DNA of 64,000 bases from an uncultured Poribacteria bacterium (GCA_951813565.1 OX638351.1:2336001-2400000), one strand, 5' to 3'. Positions 1-8,866 are shown, numbered from the stretch's first letter. Notes: generated by a model from the letters alone, not told the origin. Program-made: numbers and translations.

Positions 1-1
1 T

Positions 2-937
2 TCAGCAGCTGGTTTAGATATGGTGGATACGCTTGAGGAGCTGATTCGTGAAAAACCGGATGTTGTCAATGCTCTGGGGAGTGACGGGATGTCCCCGCTT
101 CATTTCTCCGCGACATCCCGAATTGCCGAACTGCTCCTCAAGCACGGCGCGGACATAAATCTACGCGATCGCGACCATAACGGAACTGCAGCGCAATGGA
201 CGATGCAGAGACGACCTGAAGTATGTAAATACCTCCTGGACCAGGGTGCTGAGGCAGATGTCGTCCTCTATTGTGCAATGGGGGACGTTGAACGGGCAAG
301 GGCAGAATTCCAAAAAAATCCTGAGATCCTCACGCTTCGGATAAACATGAAAGCTCCTGAAGGTTTCATTATCCCATCGTCAAAGGTTAACGATGACCAA
401 ACAGAGGTTGTTCCCGGTGGACATGTCTATGTCTATCAGGTTGGACCGACCATGCCGTTACTTGAGATAGCACTTCGTTTTAAACAACCAGAAATCGTTG
501 ATCTGCTCATTGACTTAGGTTATGAGATCAACTTGCGAGATTGGTATACGCTTGTTGGGCAGGGACCTAAGCGGTTTGATGAATTGGTGAAAGGGTTTCT
601 TGCCAAAGGTTTGGATATTAACGCACGTCAAAAACATCGACGTGGCATGTGGACACCACTACATTGGGTCGCACAACGCGGCCTGACTGACGGTATCGCA
701 TGTCTATTGGCAAACGGTGCCGACCCGAATGTGCCCGATGACAAAGGGCAAACGCCGCTACACTTCATCGCACAGAAGGGTATTGGCAAAAACCAAGTAG
801 AGCTGCTAATTGAACACGGTGCTGATGTTAATGTACGTGATAATGCTGGACAGACGCCGCTTGATTATGCCAAGAAAGCGAACAAAAAGTCAGTTTTAAC
901 ATTTCTGACTGAATTAGCAGAGAAACGCAGTAGTTAA
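2..937 (+). CDS. Ankyrin-repeat protein, probably 5'-truncated by the window edge
   Basis: Multiple ANK motifs (SPLHFS..LLKHGADIN, TPLHWVA..LLANGADPN, TPLHFIA..LIEHGADVN). The frame is open from position 2 (SAAGLD) into the listed ATG at 20. Confidence 0.9.
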   Translation, partial: SAAGLDMVDTLEELIREKPDVVNALGSDGMSPLHFSATSRIAELLLKHGADINLRDRDHNGTAAQWTMQRRPEVCKYLLDQGAEADVVLYCAMGDVERARAEFQKNPEILTLRINMKAPEGFIIPSSKVNDDQTEVVPGGHVYVYQVGPTMPLLEIALRFKQPEIVDLLIDLGYEINLRDWYTLVGQGPKRFDELVKGFLAKGLDINARQKHRRGMWTPLHWVAQRGLTDGIACLLANGADPNVPDDKGQTPLHFIAQKGIGKNQVELLIEHGADVNVRDNAGQTPLDYAKKANKKSVLTFLTELAEKRSS

Positions 938-991
938 TTTGTCGGTAAGAGCAATTGGTTCTCACCGTTGATGTAATAGGAGAGATATATA

Positions 992-2740
992 ATGTTATCA
1001 GAAAACGGAAATTTCGTAAAAGTCGCTACCCGAAGCGATATAGCAGAGGGAAAACCGAGGGCAGTTAGAGTTGAAGGACATAGTATTGCCCTCTTTGAAC
1101 ATGAAGGTGCTGTTTACGCAACAGATAACCAGTGCCCACACATGGGATACCCGCTAATAAGAGGGCATGTCAAAAGAGGCGTTTTGTCGTGCGACTGGCA
1201 CGGTTGGAGTTACGACATGGAAGGCGGTGGATGCTTCACCGGTGGTTGTGATGACCTCGCCACATTTCCTGTTGATGTACGGAACGGTGATATTTATGTT
1301 GATATCGGCAAAGGTGGAAAAAAACGGGACGATGCACATTTTCTCTTACTGAAAGAGGGATTATTTTCTCATGACAGTTGGACGCTGTCCAAAGCTATCG
1401 CCATTATGTTAGCGAAAGGCGTTTCAGAGGATGAAACGTTGGAGATTATGGTCAAGCACATGGTACGGCATATTACGACAGCCGAAGGATTTCGCAGTGG
1501 CGGCGGACGTGTCGCAACGCTGATGTACGGAATTAAAGTCGCCCACATGTATGAAGCGGAAGACCGGTTAATTCCGCTGATGATGGCTGCGACACATGCT
1601 GCTGGTGGACATAATGATCGTCCTGACCGCGAACCCCTTCCACCACCTGTTAACTGGGAAAAACTTGAAAACTGGATTAGAGTGTTCACTGTCGATAAAG
1701 AGTGGGAAGGCATAGAAAAATGTCTTATCACAGCGAGAGAGTTAGGGGGGCATGAAGACAAATTCATCCCGCTCTTCATGGATTGTGCGTCCCAGTGGTT
1801 CTTTCTCAGTAGTTCCAGAAACCTTATTGATCTGGCACTTCTGGCTGAATTACTTGAAAAATGGGGCTGGGAGTTGACAGGGGAATTAGTGTGCAACCTC
1901 AGCGCAAAGATACTTGGACAAGGCCGTGGCAGACCCGGTGAACGTCTTCGTGAAGCCATCCAAAAACTGGAAGAAATTGAGCATATCTTTGATGACCTTC
2001 CGCAGGAAAAATCTCCTGATGCAGACGTTGACTTTGACGAAGATCAATTATCTGCCGCTCTGGTTAGTGGAGATATAGACACAATTTTTGATGCTATAAC
2101 GAAAGTGCTCACCGCGGGTGTTCCCATTAACACGATTGCTACAACCATGGTCATGACCGCTGGTGATAGGATGGCAAGAACACCAGTTAACATGAGCCCC
2201 GGTTGGTGGGAATTACAGGAAGAGATGGAATTAGCGGCCAACATCAGAAAGGTGCTCCGTTTCGGTGGCACCAAAGTTGCCGCAAAGGCACTCTACCATT
2301 GTGCCTGGAGATTTTACGCTAACCGATGGTTAAACATCCGACATCAACCGATTTCAGAAGCGAGAACGACTTCAACAACTAAAGTTCTTGATGAAGATAT
2401 GGCAATTGCCGCAATTATTGATGGGATAGAATCTGTCCGCATCCAGGAAATCGGTCGACGTACTCGTGAATATCTGAACTCAGGATGCTCCGCTGAACGG
2501 TTATTGGCTGAGATGGGACAATGTATCCTCAAGGATGATAGAGGAGACAATCTTCTTAGTAGCATCTATATCGTGTCTGATGAATGGAAAAGGTGCGAGT
2601 CACATCCTGCCAGAAATCAACTGATTGTTGGGTTAGCACGTTGGGCAACGGATATTCGCAGAAATACCGGGAACGATTCCGCCGTGCAAACTGCACACCG
2701 CTTTGCAAAAGGTGAAACCGCAACGGAACTCTACGAATAG
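992..2740 (+). CDS. Rieske [2Fe-2S] ferredoxin domain fused to a large helical domain of unknown function
   Basis: N-terminal CPH...CDWH Rieske ligands; AGGAG RBS upstream. Confidence 0.85.
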   Translation: MLSENGNFVKVATRSDIAEGKPRAVRVEGHSIALFEHEGAVYATDNQCPHMGYPLIRGHVKRGVLSCDWHGWSYDMEGGGCFTGGCDDLATFPVDVRNGDIYVDIGKGGKKRDDAHFLLLKEGLFSHDSWTLSKAIAIMLAKGVSEDETLEIMVKHMVRHITTAEGFRSGGGRVATLMYGIKVAHMYEAEDRLIPLMMAATHAAGGHNDRPDREPLPPPVNWEKLENWIRVFTVDKEWEGIEKCLITARELGGHEDKFIPLFMDCASQWFFLSSSRNLIDLALLAELLEKWGWELTGELVCNLSAKILGQGRGRPGERLREAIQKLEEIEHIFDDLPQEKSPDADVDFDEDQLSAALVSGDIDTIFDAITKVLTAGVPINTIATTMVMTAGDRMARTPVNMSPGWWELQEEMELAANIRKVLRFGGTKVAAKALYHCAWRFYANRWLNIRHQPISEARTTSTTKVLDEDMAIAAIIDGIESVRIQEIGRRTREYLNSGCSAERLLAEMGQCILKDDRGDNLLSSIYIVSDEWKRCESHPARNQLIVGLARWATDIRRNTGNDSAVQTAHRFAKGETATELYE

Positions 2741-2757
2741 TATTATTAGCCATTATT

Positions 2758-2794
2758 GTAGGGCAGGGTTTATTACCTTTGCCCTACTTTTTTA
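2758..2794 (+). terminator. Probable intrinsic terminator
   Basis: GTAGGGCA..TGCCCTAC stem followed by TTTTTT, immediately after the Rieske gene. Confidence 0.6.
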
Positions 2795-2825
2795 TCTTAC
2801 GTAGGTTGAGTTTCGCCAACTACCT

Positions 2826-2999
2826 GTAGTGTCAATTTAAGAAAGGCACAACACACTTAACCTTAGACGGTAGGAGCGGTTTCTAACCGCTCCGTATTAT
2901 CCGAAAGTGCTATTGTGGGAGGCGTTTTCAACGCCGATACAAACAAATCGGGCGGACAAAGTCTCCAACAAGAAAGACTATACATTAATTGAAACTTAT
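2826..2999. mobile_element. Degenerate MITE of the ATAGGTGTCAATTTAAG-TIR family carrying REP-like palindromes
   Basis: Ends TAGTGTCAATTTAAG and TTAATTGAAACTTAT; internal GTAGGAGCGG..CCGCTCC and TTGTGGGAGGCG..CGCCGA palindromes. Confidence 0.55.
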
Positions 3000-3020
3000 A
3001 ACTCAAACTCCCGTTAACAA

Positions 3021-4046
3021 ATGAAAAAAATCTTTATATTTATTCTTTTTAGTCTATTATCCGTGTCAGTTCATGGGGCATCGTTGGAACTCGCCTTTCA
3101 ACTGGGCGAAAAACAGCACCCACGGCTTGACAGGTTGTTGCCTGATGTTGTACGGTATATGGCTTTTAACAAGGATAGCACAAAGTTAATTGCTAAAGGC
3201 ATGGATGGAACCTTGGTAGAGTGGGATATTCAGTCACGCCAAAAGCGAGAAATAGGAAATATTCAAGCAAAGCGATTGTTTGTTTATACTGCAGGTACTA
3301 ATCAACTTTTAATTCAGAAAGAGGATGATGTCACGATTCTCAATCTCGGAGATAGCAATGAAACACAGGTAACAAAGGGACAGTATGAAAGTGGGAGTCT
3401 ATCAGCAGATGGTACTTTGGTAGTATTGTCAAAAGGTGACAAAGAATTTGGGTTTTGGCAAATCGCTAAGAAGAGTCTGAAGTCAGTGAAAACCTTTCAG
3501 ACAACCTTCCCAGTGAGAAACGGTCTTAAACTTTCTAATGATGGTAAGTATGTTGCGGCTGCAGAAGGGATTTATCGCAATGGTGAGGGACATCGCACAA
3601 TTATTGAGATTTGGGATGCAAACACTGAAAAGCAACCTATGCGTGTTTTTAACACAGGTGAAATCTTGGGCGTGTGGAACGTGATATTTTCAGATAGCGG
3701 AAAGATGCTTGCAGTAGATACGCAACGCAACGCAAAATCTGGAATCCGCGTATGGGGTGTAAAAACAGGCGCACAACTTCTCAATAAATCTGGGTTTGAG
3801 GCATACTGGACACGCGCTCTCGCTTTCGCGCCCAATAACAAATCAAATCCTACAGAATATCTTGCCTCTGGAGACGAGAAGGGCAATCTCCGAATATGGA
3901 AAATTCCCGGTGGTGAATCAATAATTTGGGAAAACTATCCAACTGGCATTCAAGCGTTAGCCTTTTCACCCAACGGAGAGTATTTGGCAGTTGCATTGTG
4001 GGATGCTACAACGCAGATTTTAAGGTGGAAAAGAGATGAACAATAA
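3021..4046 (+). CDS. Secreted WD40/beta-propeller protein
   Basis: Signal peptide; WD-type repeats (LAFAPN..YLASGDEKGNLRIW, ALAFSPNGEYLAV). Confidence 0.85.
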   Translation: MKKIFIFILFSLLSVSVHGASLELAFQLGEKQHPRLDRLLPDVVRYMAFNKDSTKLIAKGMDGTLVEWDIQSRQKREIGNIQAKRLFVYTAGTNQLLIQKEDDVTILNLGDSNETQVTKGQYESGSLSADGTLVVLSKGDKEFGFWQIAKKSLKSVKTFQTTFPVRNGLKLSNDGKYVAAAEGIYRNGEGHRTIIEIWDANTEKQPMRVFNTGEILGVWNVIFSDSGKMLAVDTQRNAKSGIRVWGVKTGAQLLNKSGFEAYWTRALAFAPNNKSNPTEYLASGDEKGNLRIWKIPGGESIIWENYPTGIQALAFSPNGEYLAVALWDATTQILRWKRDEQ

Positions 4047-4542
4047 TAACGAATCTTACACTGATGAAAAAGGACGCACCCGATGGCGCGTCAACGATGA
4101 AATCTCGTTGAAGCTATTGGAACTTCATACCTTCCTGATTATGTCAGACTACCCAGAAGACCATGCATCACGATATCCTCGTTTGGCACATTCCATCTCC
4201 CGTTTTCCAGAATCCGTTGCAGATCTTGTCGAGCAAGGAAGGTTAATAGAAGAAATTGGCGGAGTTGGTGAAATAGTTGAGACAATCATCACTGAATATC
4301 TAAAAACTGGAACGTGCTCGAAAATACAGGACTACGCAGGAGACATTCCGCAGACAGTTGCAGAACTTGTTCCTATCCCTGGACTTGGTGCAAAGACGAT
4401 TAAACGTTTATATGAGGATATTGAGGTTGATAGTCTTGCGTCCCTCCGTGCAGCAATTGATGAGGGTAAACTCAAAGGTTTTAAAGGCATTGGAAAGAAG
4501 ACATTAGATAAAATTGAGGGATACCTCAATACAAACTTATAA
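4036..4542 (+). CDS. Stand-alone PolX N-terminal (8-kDa plus HhH) domain protein, copy 1
   Basis: NDEIS.KL.EL, IGGVG..EYLKTG, IPGLGAKT and FKGIGKKT follow the N-terminus of bacterial PolX; there is no palm or PHP domain. Confidence 0.8.
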   Translation: MNNNNESYTDEKGRTRWRVNDEISLKLLELHTFLIMSDYPEDHASRYPRLAHSISRFPESVADLVEQGRLIEEIGGVGEIVETIITEYLKTGTCSKIQDYAGDIPQTVAELVPIPGLGAKTIKRLYEDIEVDSLASLRAAIDEGKLKGFKGIGKKTLDKIEGYLNTNL

Positions 4543-4593
4543 GTAAATATATTTTGAATAGCGGGTATAAGGGGCCGCAATAGAGATGATATT

Positions 4594-4830
4594 ATGGCAA
4601 AATCGCGAACAACCGGTGAAATGGTTGATGGTAAAAAACATGGATATTGGATTACCTACTACGCGAATGGAATAAAACGCAGCGAAGGAAACTATATTCA
4701 TGGCAAAAAGGATGGGCGTTGGATTCAGTACCACAAGAATGGCAACAAAGCAACTGAAGCCTGCTTCTCTGATGACAAGTTGAAGGAAATTATATATCCT
4801 ATCATGAAAATGAGAACATGCAAATTTTAG
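4594..4830 (+). pseudogene. Frameshifted, truncated MORN-variant repeat gene (YwqK-like), copy 1
   Basis: Paralog of 6343 and 10399. A 1-nt deletion near 4780 (GACAAGT-TGAAGGAAATTATATATCCTATCATGAAAAT would read DKYEGNYISYHEN) shifts the frame; similarity ends near 4812. Confidence 0.8.
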
Positions 4831-5005
4831 CAACTAATTAGGATAAGATGCAACAATGTCAGTCGTTCTTCTTGTAGGAGCGAGTTCCAGCTCGCGACTC
4901 TCTAAAATCATGGTAATCTCGAAATCCTGAAAATCCTGGTTCAGACAAATAGTAGTACAGGATCCCTATAAGTGATTTATGAAATTGATTCTAAAATGGA
5001 GAAAA

Positions 5006-5158
5006 ATGAAAAATTAGGAAAAATTGGGCGAAAATTTAATTGCATCAGCAAAGGCTGGCGATATGACACAAGTCCGAGAACTTGTAGAAAACGGAGCTGA
5101 TCCAAACCATAGCTGGATTCTGCCTTTCATGTGGGCATATTTTGGAAGGAACGTATGA
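5006..5158 (+). pseudogene. Ankyrin-repeat gene remnant with an amber stop at codon 4
   Basis: Reads MKN*EKLGENLIASAKAGDMTQVRELVENGADPNHSWILPFMWAYFGRNV*. GGAG lies upstream and the TGA overlaps the next ATG (ATGA). Confidence 0.65.
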
Positions 5159-5631
5159 CAAAGAACACCGATGAACTAACCAACGATGAAATCGCACAGA
5201 AACTGATGGAACTCCATACCATTTTGATTGTTGCTGATTATCCAGAAGACCATGCAGCGCGCTACCCTCGTTTAGCGTATACAATTTCTCGCATGGAGGA
5301 ATCAGTGGCGGAACTGGCAACGCAAGGAAAGTTGCAAGAGGCAATTCCGGGTGTTGGAGATATAGTCTCAACTATCATCATTGAATATGTTGAGACTGGA
5401 ACATGTTCAAAATTACAGGAGTACGCAAGTGATGTCCCGCAGACAATTGTTGAACTCATTCCTATCCCCGGACTCGGTCCGAAAACAATTAAACTTCTGT
5501 ATCAGGAGGCAGGCATTGACAGTCTCTTATCACTCCGAACAGCAATTGATGAAAGCAAATTGAAAGGAATCAAAGGTGTTGGTCCGAAGACGATAGAGAA
5601 ATTTGAGGAATACCTTGATGAAAATTTGTAA
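5155..5631 (+). CDS. Stand-alone PolX N-terminal HhH domain protein, copy 2
   Basis: Paralog of 4036..4542 (DYPEDHAARYPRLA, IPGLGPKT, IKGVGPKT). ATG 5155 follows GGAAGGA. Confidence 0.8.
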   Translation: MTKNTDELTNDEIAQKLMELHTILIVADYPEDHAARYPRLAYTISRMEESVAELATQGKLQEAIPGVGDIVSTIIIEYVETGTCSKLQEYASDVPQTIVELIPIPGLGPKTIKLLYQEAGIDSLLSLRTAIDESKLKGIKGVGPKTIEKFEEYLDENL

Positions 5632-5802
5632 TACCATTTTGAATGCTCGCTTTTGATTAACGAGAAACACGTTTGTAGTCGCGCAATTCATTGCGCCTCT
5701 TACATTCACCTTCCGAATTTCAAAATTCCATTAAATCTCCTAATAGACATTATAACGTTTTAATTGTCCGTAGTTTTTGGTCTCTCATAAAATCTAAAGT
5801 TC

Positions 5803-6190
5803 GTCCGTCGGGTAGCGCTTGCGAAACCCGACAATATGAAGGTTTCAAGGCAAACTGGGCAGGTTTCACACGGAAATCGAAGGAACACACCAAGCAGGTT
5901 TTGATAATAGTATTTCAGTCCCAACATGTCGGGTTTCGCAAGCTCTACCCATAAGTGTCAATTTAGCGATATATTTTCTTGTGGGAGGGCTTTTCAAGCC
6001 CGATTTTTACATCTTGAGTTCCGTAGGAACGATATGTTTGTAGCAAACGTGATAATCAATCTCTTGAGCGCCGTAGGAGCGACATAGATTCTATAAACAT
6101 TCCGCCTCTACGAGGCTAACACATTCACCAAAACCGATACATTTTCCCTAAATTGACGCCTATGGGTTTCGCAAGCGCTACCCGACGGAC
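5803..6190. repeat. Inverted REP pair (REPIN-like) with an internal MITE
   Basis: GTCCGTCGGGTAGCGCTTGCGAAACCC at 5803 and its inverse GGGTTTCGCAAGCGCTACCCGACGGAC at 6164-6190. Confidence 0.7.
5951..6163. mobile_element. MITE with ATAAGTGTCAATTTAG/CTAAATTGACGCCTAT ends flanked by a 20-nt direct repeat
   Basis: Imperfect 16-nt TIRs; GGGTTTCGCAAGC(T/G)CTACCC at 5931-5950 and 6164-6183. Confidence 0.75.
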
Positions 6191-6342
6191 ACCCCATCCA
6201 CTTTTGCCTATATTTCGGTCTTGGCATTATCAGACACTTCCGATTAAATCATGATAATGTCTAATGTAATTTTCAGAATTGGTATAATAGGTATTCCTAA
6301 GAAAATGGGAAAACATTTCTACTTTACACAAGAGGTAAAATT

Positions 6343-6807
6343 ATGGCAAGTAAACTTGATACAGGCGAGATGGTTGATGGTAAAAAGCACGGTTATTGGA
6401 TTACTTATTACGCGAACGGGGTAAAACGAAGCGAAGGCAACTACATTCACGGTAAAAAGGATGGACCTTGGATCAATTATCACAAAAATGGGAACAAATC
6501 CGGTGAAGCCTCATTTCGCGATGGAAAATATGAAGGGCCTTGTATCAGCTATCATGAAAACGGGAACCTTAGATCCCGCGGTGCCTATCCTAAACATGAG
6601 GGTAAATCCTACGATGGCAAAAAGGAAGGACCATTTTACGGTTACGAAGAAGATGGAGAAACGGTGTGGATGATCGTAACCTACAAAAAAGGTGGCAGTC
6701 GTGCAAAACCGGATGAATATCCACTCGGAACGTGCGACGTTTGTGGCGAAGGCAGACGTTTAAATTGGGGTAATAGTTGTCCAAAGTGTGGTGCAGAAAT
6801 CGATTGA
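6343..6807 (+). CDS. MORN-variant repeat protein (YwqK-like) with C-terminal Zn ribbon, copy 2
   Basis: GKKHGYW..YYANG, GKKDGPW..YHKNG repeats; CDVC...CPKCG. Confidence 0.85.
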   Translation: MASKLDTGEMVDGKKHGYWITYYANGVKRSEGNYIHGKKDGPWINYHKNGNKSGEASFRDGKYEGPCISYHENGNLRSRGAYPKHEGKSYDGKKEGPFYGYEEDGETVWMIVTYKKGGSRAKPDEYPLGTCDVCGEGRRLNWGNSCPKCGAEID

Positions 6808-6963
6808 TAACCCGAAAAATAAAAAATCATCCTATAATTCGTTTGTAGGGTCTACGAATCAACAAACGATTCACAATTGTGGCGTTGCTTCGCAAACTGA
6901 TTATTTTGGCAATTTTCCCAACCAATCTTTGAATTTTCTCTTCCATTCTCGCGAAACCGAAAA

Positions 6964-7135
6964 CTATAGTGAACTTGAAAAATAAAGATACACATTTTCT
7001 GTAGGGGCGATCTCCGAATCGCGACGAAACTCACTGATAGTTGGGAATCGGAGTTCCCTCCCGCCAAATGCCAAACGCGCATTTGGCGTTGATTCACATC
7101 TCAAAATGTCCCGTTAATTCTAAAGCTTACTATAA
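6964..7135. mobile_element. Degenerate MITE carrying two REPs, one interrupted by an AATCAA hairpin
   Basis: Imperfect ends TATAGTGAACTTGAAAAATAA / TTAATTCTAAAGCTTACTATA; internal REPs match 63527-63592; a related element lies at 47510-47600. Confidence 0.5.
7062..7094 (-). repeat. AATCAA-tagged mini-hairpin element, single copy
   Basis: CGCCAAATGC-caaacgc-GCATTTGGCG-TTGATT splits the REP GGGAATCGGAGTTCCCTCC|CAC. Confidence 0.75.
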
Positions 7136-7153
7136 ACCCACCTCTGCAGCACT

Positions 7154-7341
7154 CAGAGGCATTCAATTGTCGAGTTTTCTAATCCAATAGTAAAAAAAAT
7201 AGCGTTTTCAAAGGTTAAAAGAGGCGCAATGAATTGCGCATGGTGAATGTGCGTCCGACATTCACATTAAACGCTTTTGTTGTTAAATCGGGGTTACAAA
7301 CCCCTCCTACAAGAGTGCTCCGTGACAATTGAATGGCTCTG
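7154..7341. mobile_element. 188-bp MITE with 18-bp TIRs and a 10-bp target duplication
   Basis: CAGAGGCATTCAATTGTC ... GACAATTGAATGGCTCTG (1 mismatch); CTGCAGCACT at 7144-7153 and 7342-7351. Confidence 0.85.
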
Positions 7342-7431
7342 CTGCAGCACTACGAAAAGACTTAACAATTTGTATAAAATCAGGTATCATGGGACAGATA
7401 CATTAGGGTATTTAAGGAGATTTATAAAAAT

Positions 7432-7486
7432 ATGTTGACACCTACTCGTAGGAACGCTTTGAAAGAGCACATTAAATTATTTTTAG
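7432..7486 (+). pseudogene. 5' fragment (signal-peptide start) of the trypsin-TPR lipoprotein gene, separated by the IS605-family insertion
   Basis: AAGGAG RBS, then MLTPTRRNALKEHIKLFL-G; joins in frame to 8851 when 7487-8850 is removed. Confidence 0.8.
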
Positions 7487-8850
7487 CACTCCCCGTCAAA
7501 CCCCCTGCCTTTAGGTAGGGGATGTAGACGGCGAAAGTTTTGATTTAAAATATACTTTCAATCTAATCACAATGTGGTATAATATATCATACTATATTGT
7601 AGCTCTTGAAGTGATAAAAGACTATATTGAAGGTCAAAGTGGACAATGAGAAAATCTCACAAGTTCAAACTTCAACACCAATCTAACACAATCAAACTTG
7701 GTAATATGCTTTATGATATGTGGGAAATCCATGTGCATATCATGCGTTTGGCACGTAGGTATTATCGCATGTTCGGCAAAAATTTGTCTGCGTATCGTCT
7801 GAAGGCACACGTCACAAAACTTAAAAAGACAACTAAACCGCATTGGGCAGCCTTGCCGAGTCAAGTTGTGCAAGACGTTGTCCTACGTTATGGTAAATCA
7901 CAAGACGCATTTTTCCAAAATATAGCAAGCCGCAAATCAGGTAAAACAACGCGTAAAGTGGGTAGACCGAAAATCAAACCGAGACACAAATACAACTCCA
8001 TGACCTTCACACAAGCGGGCTACAAACTTGAAGATAATCGTATCAAAATCAACTGTATAGATACATGGTTTTCGTTTCACAAACACCGTGAAATCAAAGG
8101 TGTCATCAAGACGATCACGATCAAACGTGACAGGTGCGGTGACTATTGGATATGCTTTTCGTGCGAGAATGTTGACGATCCCGAACCCAAACCCAAGACA
8201 GGTAAGAGCGCAGGATTTGATTACGGAAACAAAACATTCCTCACAAGCGACGAAGGGGACACAATAGAATCCCCGCAGTTTTTCAAACAATCACTCAACA
8301 CGTTGCGATCTCTCAACAAAGCACTCAGTCGTAAAGTCAAAGGTTCTAACAACTATTATCGTGCGTGCCGTGCTTTAGCAAGGCAACACAGAAAAGTGGC
8401 ACGACAAAGAGAAGATTGGCAATGGAAACTTGCCTCAAAACTTTGTGTAGAGTTTGACACACTCATTTTGGAAACGCTGAACCTTGACGGTATGAAACGA
8501 TTATGGGGACGTAAAGTTTCTGACCATTCTTTCTACCAGTTTCTTCAGATATTGGAACAGAAGTGTGCGAAGCACGGCAAAAAACTTGTGCGAATCTCGC
8601 AATGGATAGCAACAACAAAACCTTGTAGTGATTGTGGATACCATAACAAAGAACTCTCTCTTTCTGATAGGCAGTGGACATGTCCCGAATGTGGGTCACA
8701 CCACGACAGAGACACCAACGCTGCTATCAATATCAAACGGGCAGGCTTGGCTGCCTAAAGTGGAGCGACAATAAGACGGTCAACTCTCTGAGAAAACCGC
8801 AGTCGCAAGGAAGCACAAGCCCCTACCTTTAGGTAGTGGGTACCTATGAC
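7487..8850 (+). mobile_element. IS200/IS605-family element, tnpB only (IS1341-like), 1364 bp
   Basis: Subterminal hairpins CCCCTGCCTTTAGGTAGGGG (left) and CCCCTACCTTTAGGTAGTGGG (right). Left target TTAG with guide AAAC; right end TGAC with guide CAAG. No TSD and no tnpA. Confidence 0.9.
7646..8758 (+). CDS. tnpB: RNA-guided endonuclease TnpB
   Basis: RuvC-I GFDYG, RuvC-II ILETL, Zn finger CSDC..CPECG and RuvC-III HDRDTNAAINI; all three catalytic acidic residues are present. Confidence 0.95.
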   Translation: MRKSHKFKLQHQSNTIKLGNMLYDMWEIHVHIMRLARRYYRMFGKNLSAYRLKAHVTKLKKTTKPHWAALPSQVVQDVVLRYGKSQDAFFQNIASRKSGKTTRKVGRPKIKPRHKYNSMTFTQAGYKLEDNRIKINCIDTWFSFHKHREIKGVIKTITIKRDRCGDYWICFSCENVDDPEPKPKTGKSAGFDYGNKTFLTSDEGDTIESPQFFKQSLNTLRSLNKALSRKVKGSNNYYRACRALARQHRKVARQREDWQWKLASKLCVEFDTLILETLNLDGMKRLWGRKVSDHSFYQFLQILEQKCAKHGKKLVRISQWIATTKPCSDCGYHNKELSLSDRQWTCPECGSHHDRDTNAAINIKRAGLAA

Positions 8851-8866
8851 GTGCTCTCATCTTGGG
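8700..8866 (+). ncRNA. Predicted TnpB omega/reRNA (right-end scaffold plus flank-derived guide); 5' boundary approximate
   Basis: Inferred from established TnpB biology: the scaffold ends at the right end (TGAC, 8850) and the guide would be GTGCTCTCATCTTGGG. The transcript is not observed. Confidence 0.55.

Noticed and set aside
5691..5954. Short ORFs in intergenic repeat regions (also 6788-7097, 14876-15058, 18024-18278, 49490-50186, 63477-63720)
   Set aside because: They run through REP/MITE sequence, lack an RBS and show no protein motifs.
7487..7645. IStron (group I intron-IS chimera), since the IS lies in a CDS
   Set aside because: Only about 160 nt precede tnpB, too short for a group I core, and I see no P/Q/R/S elements.
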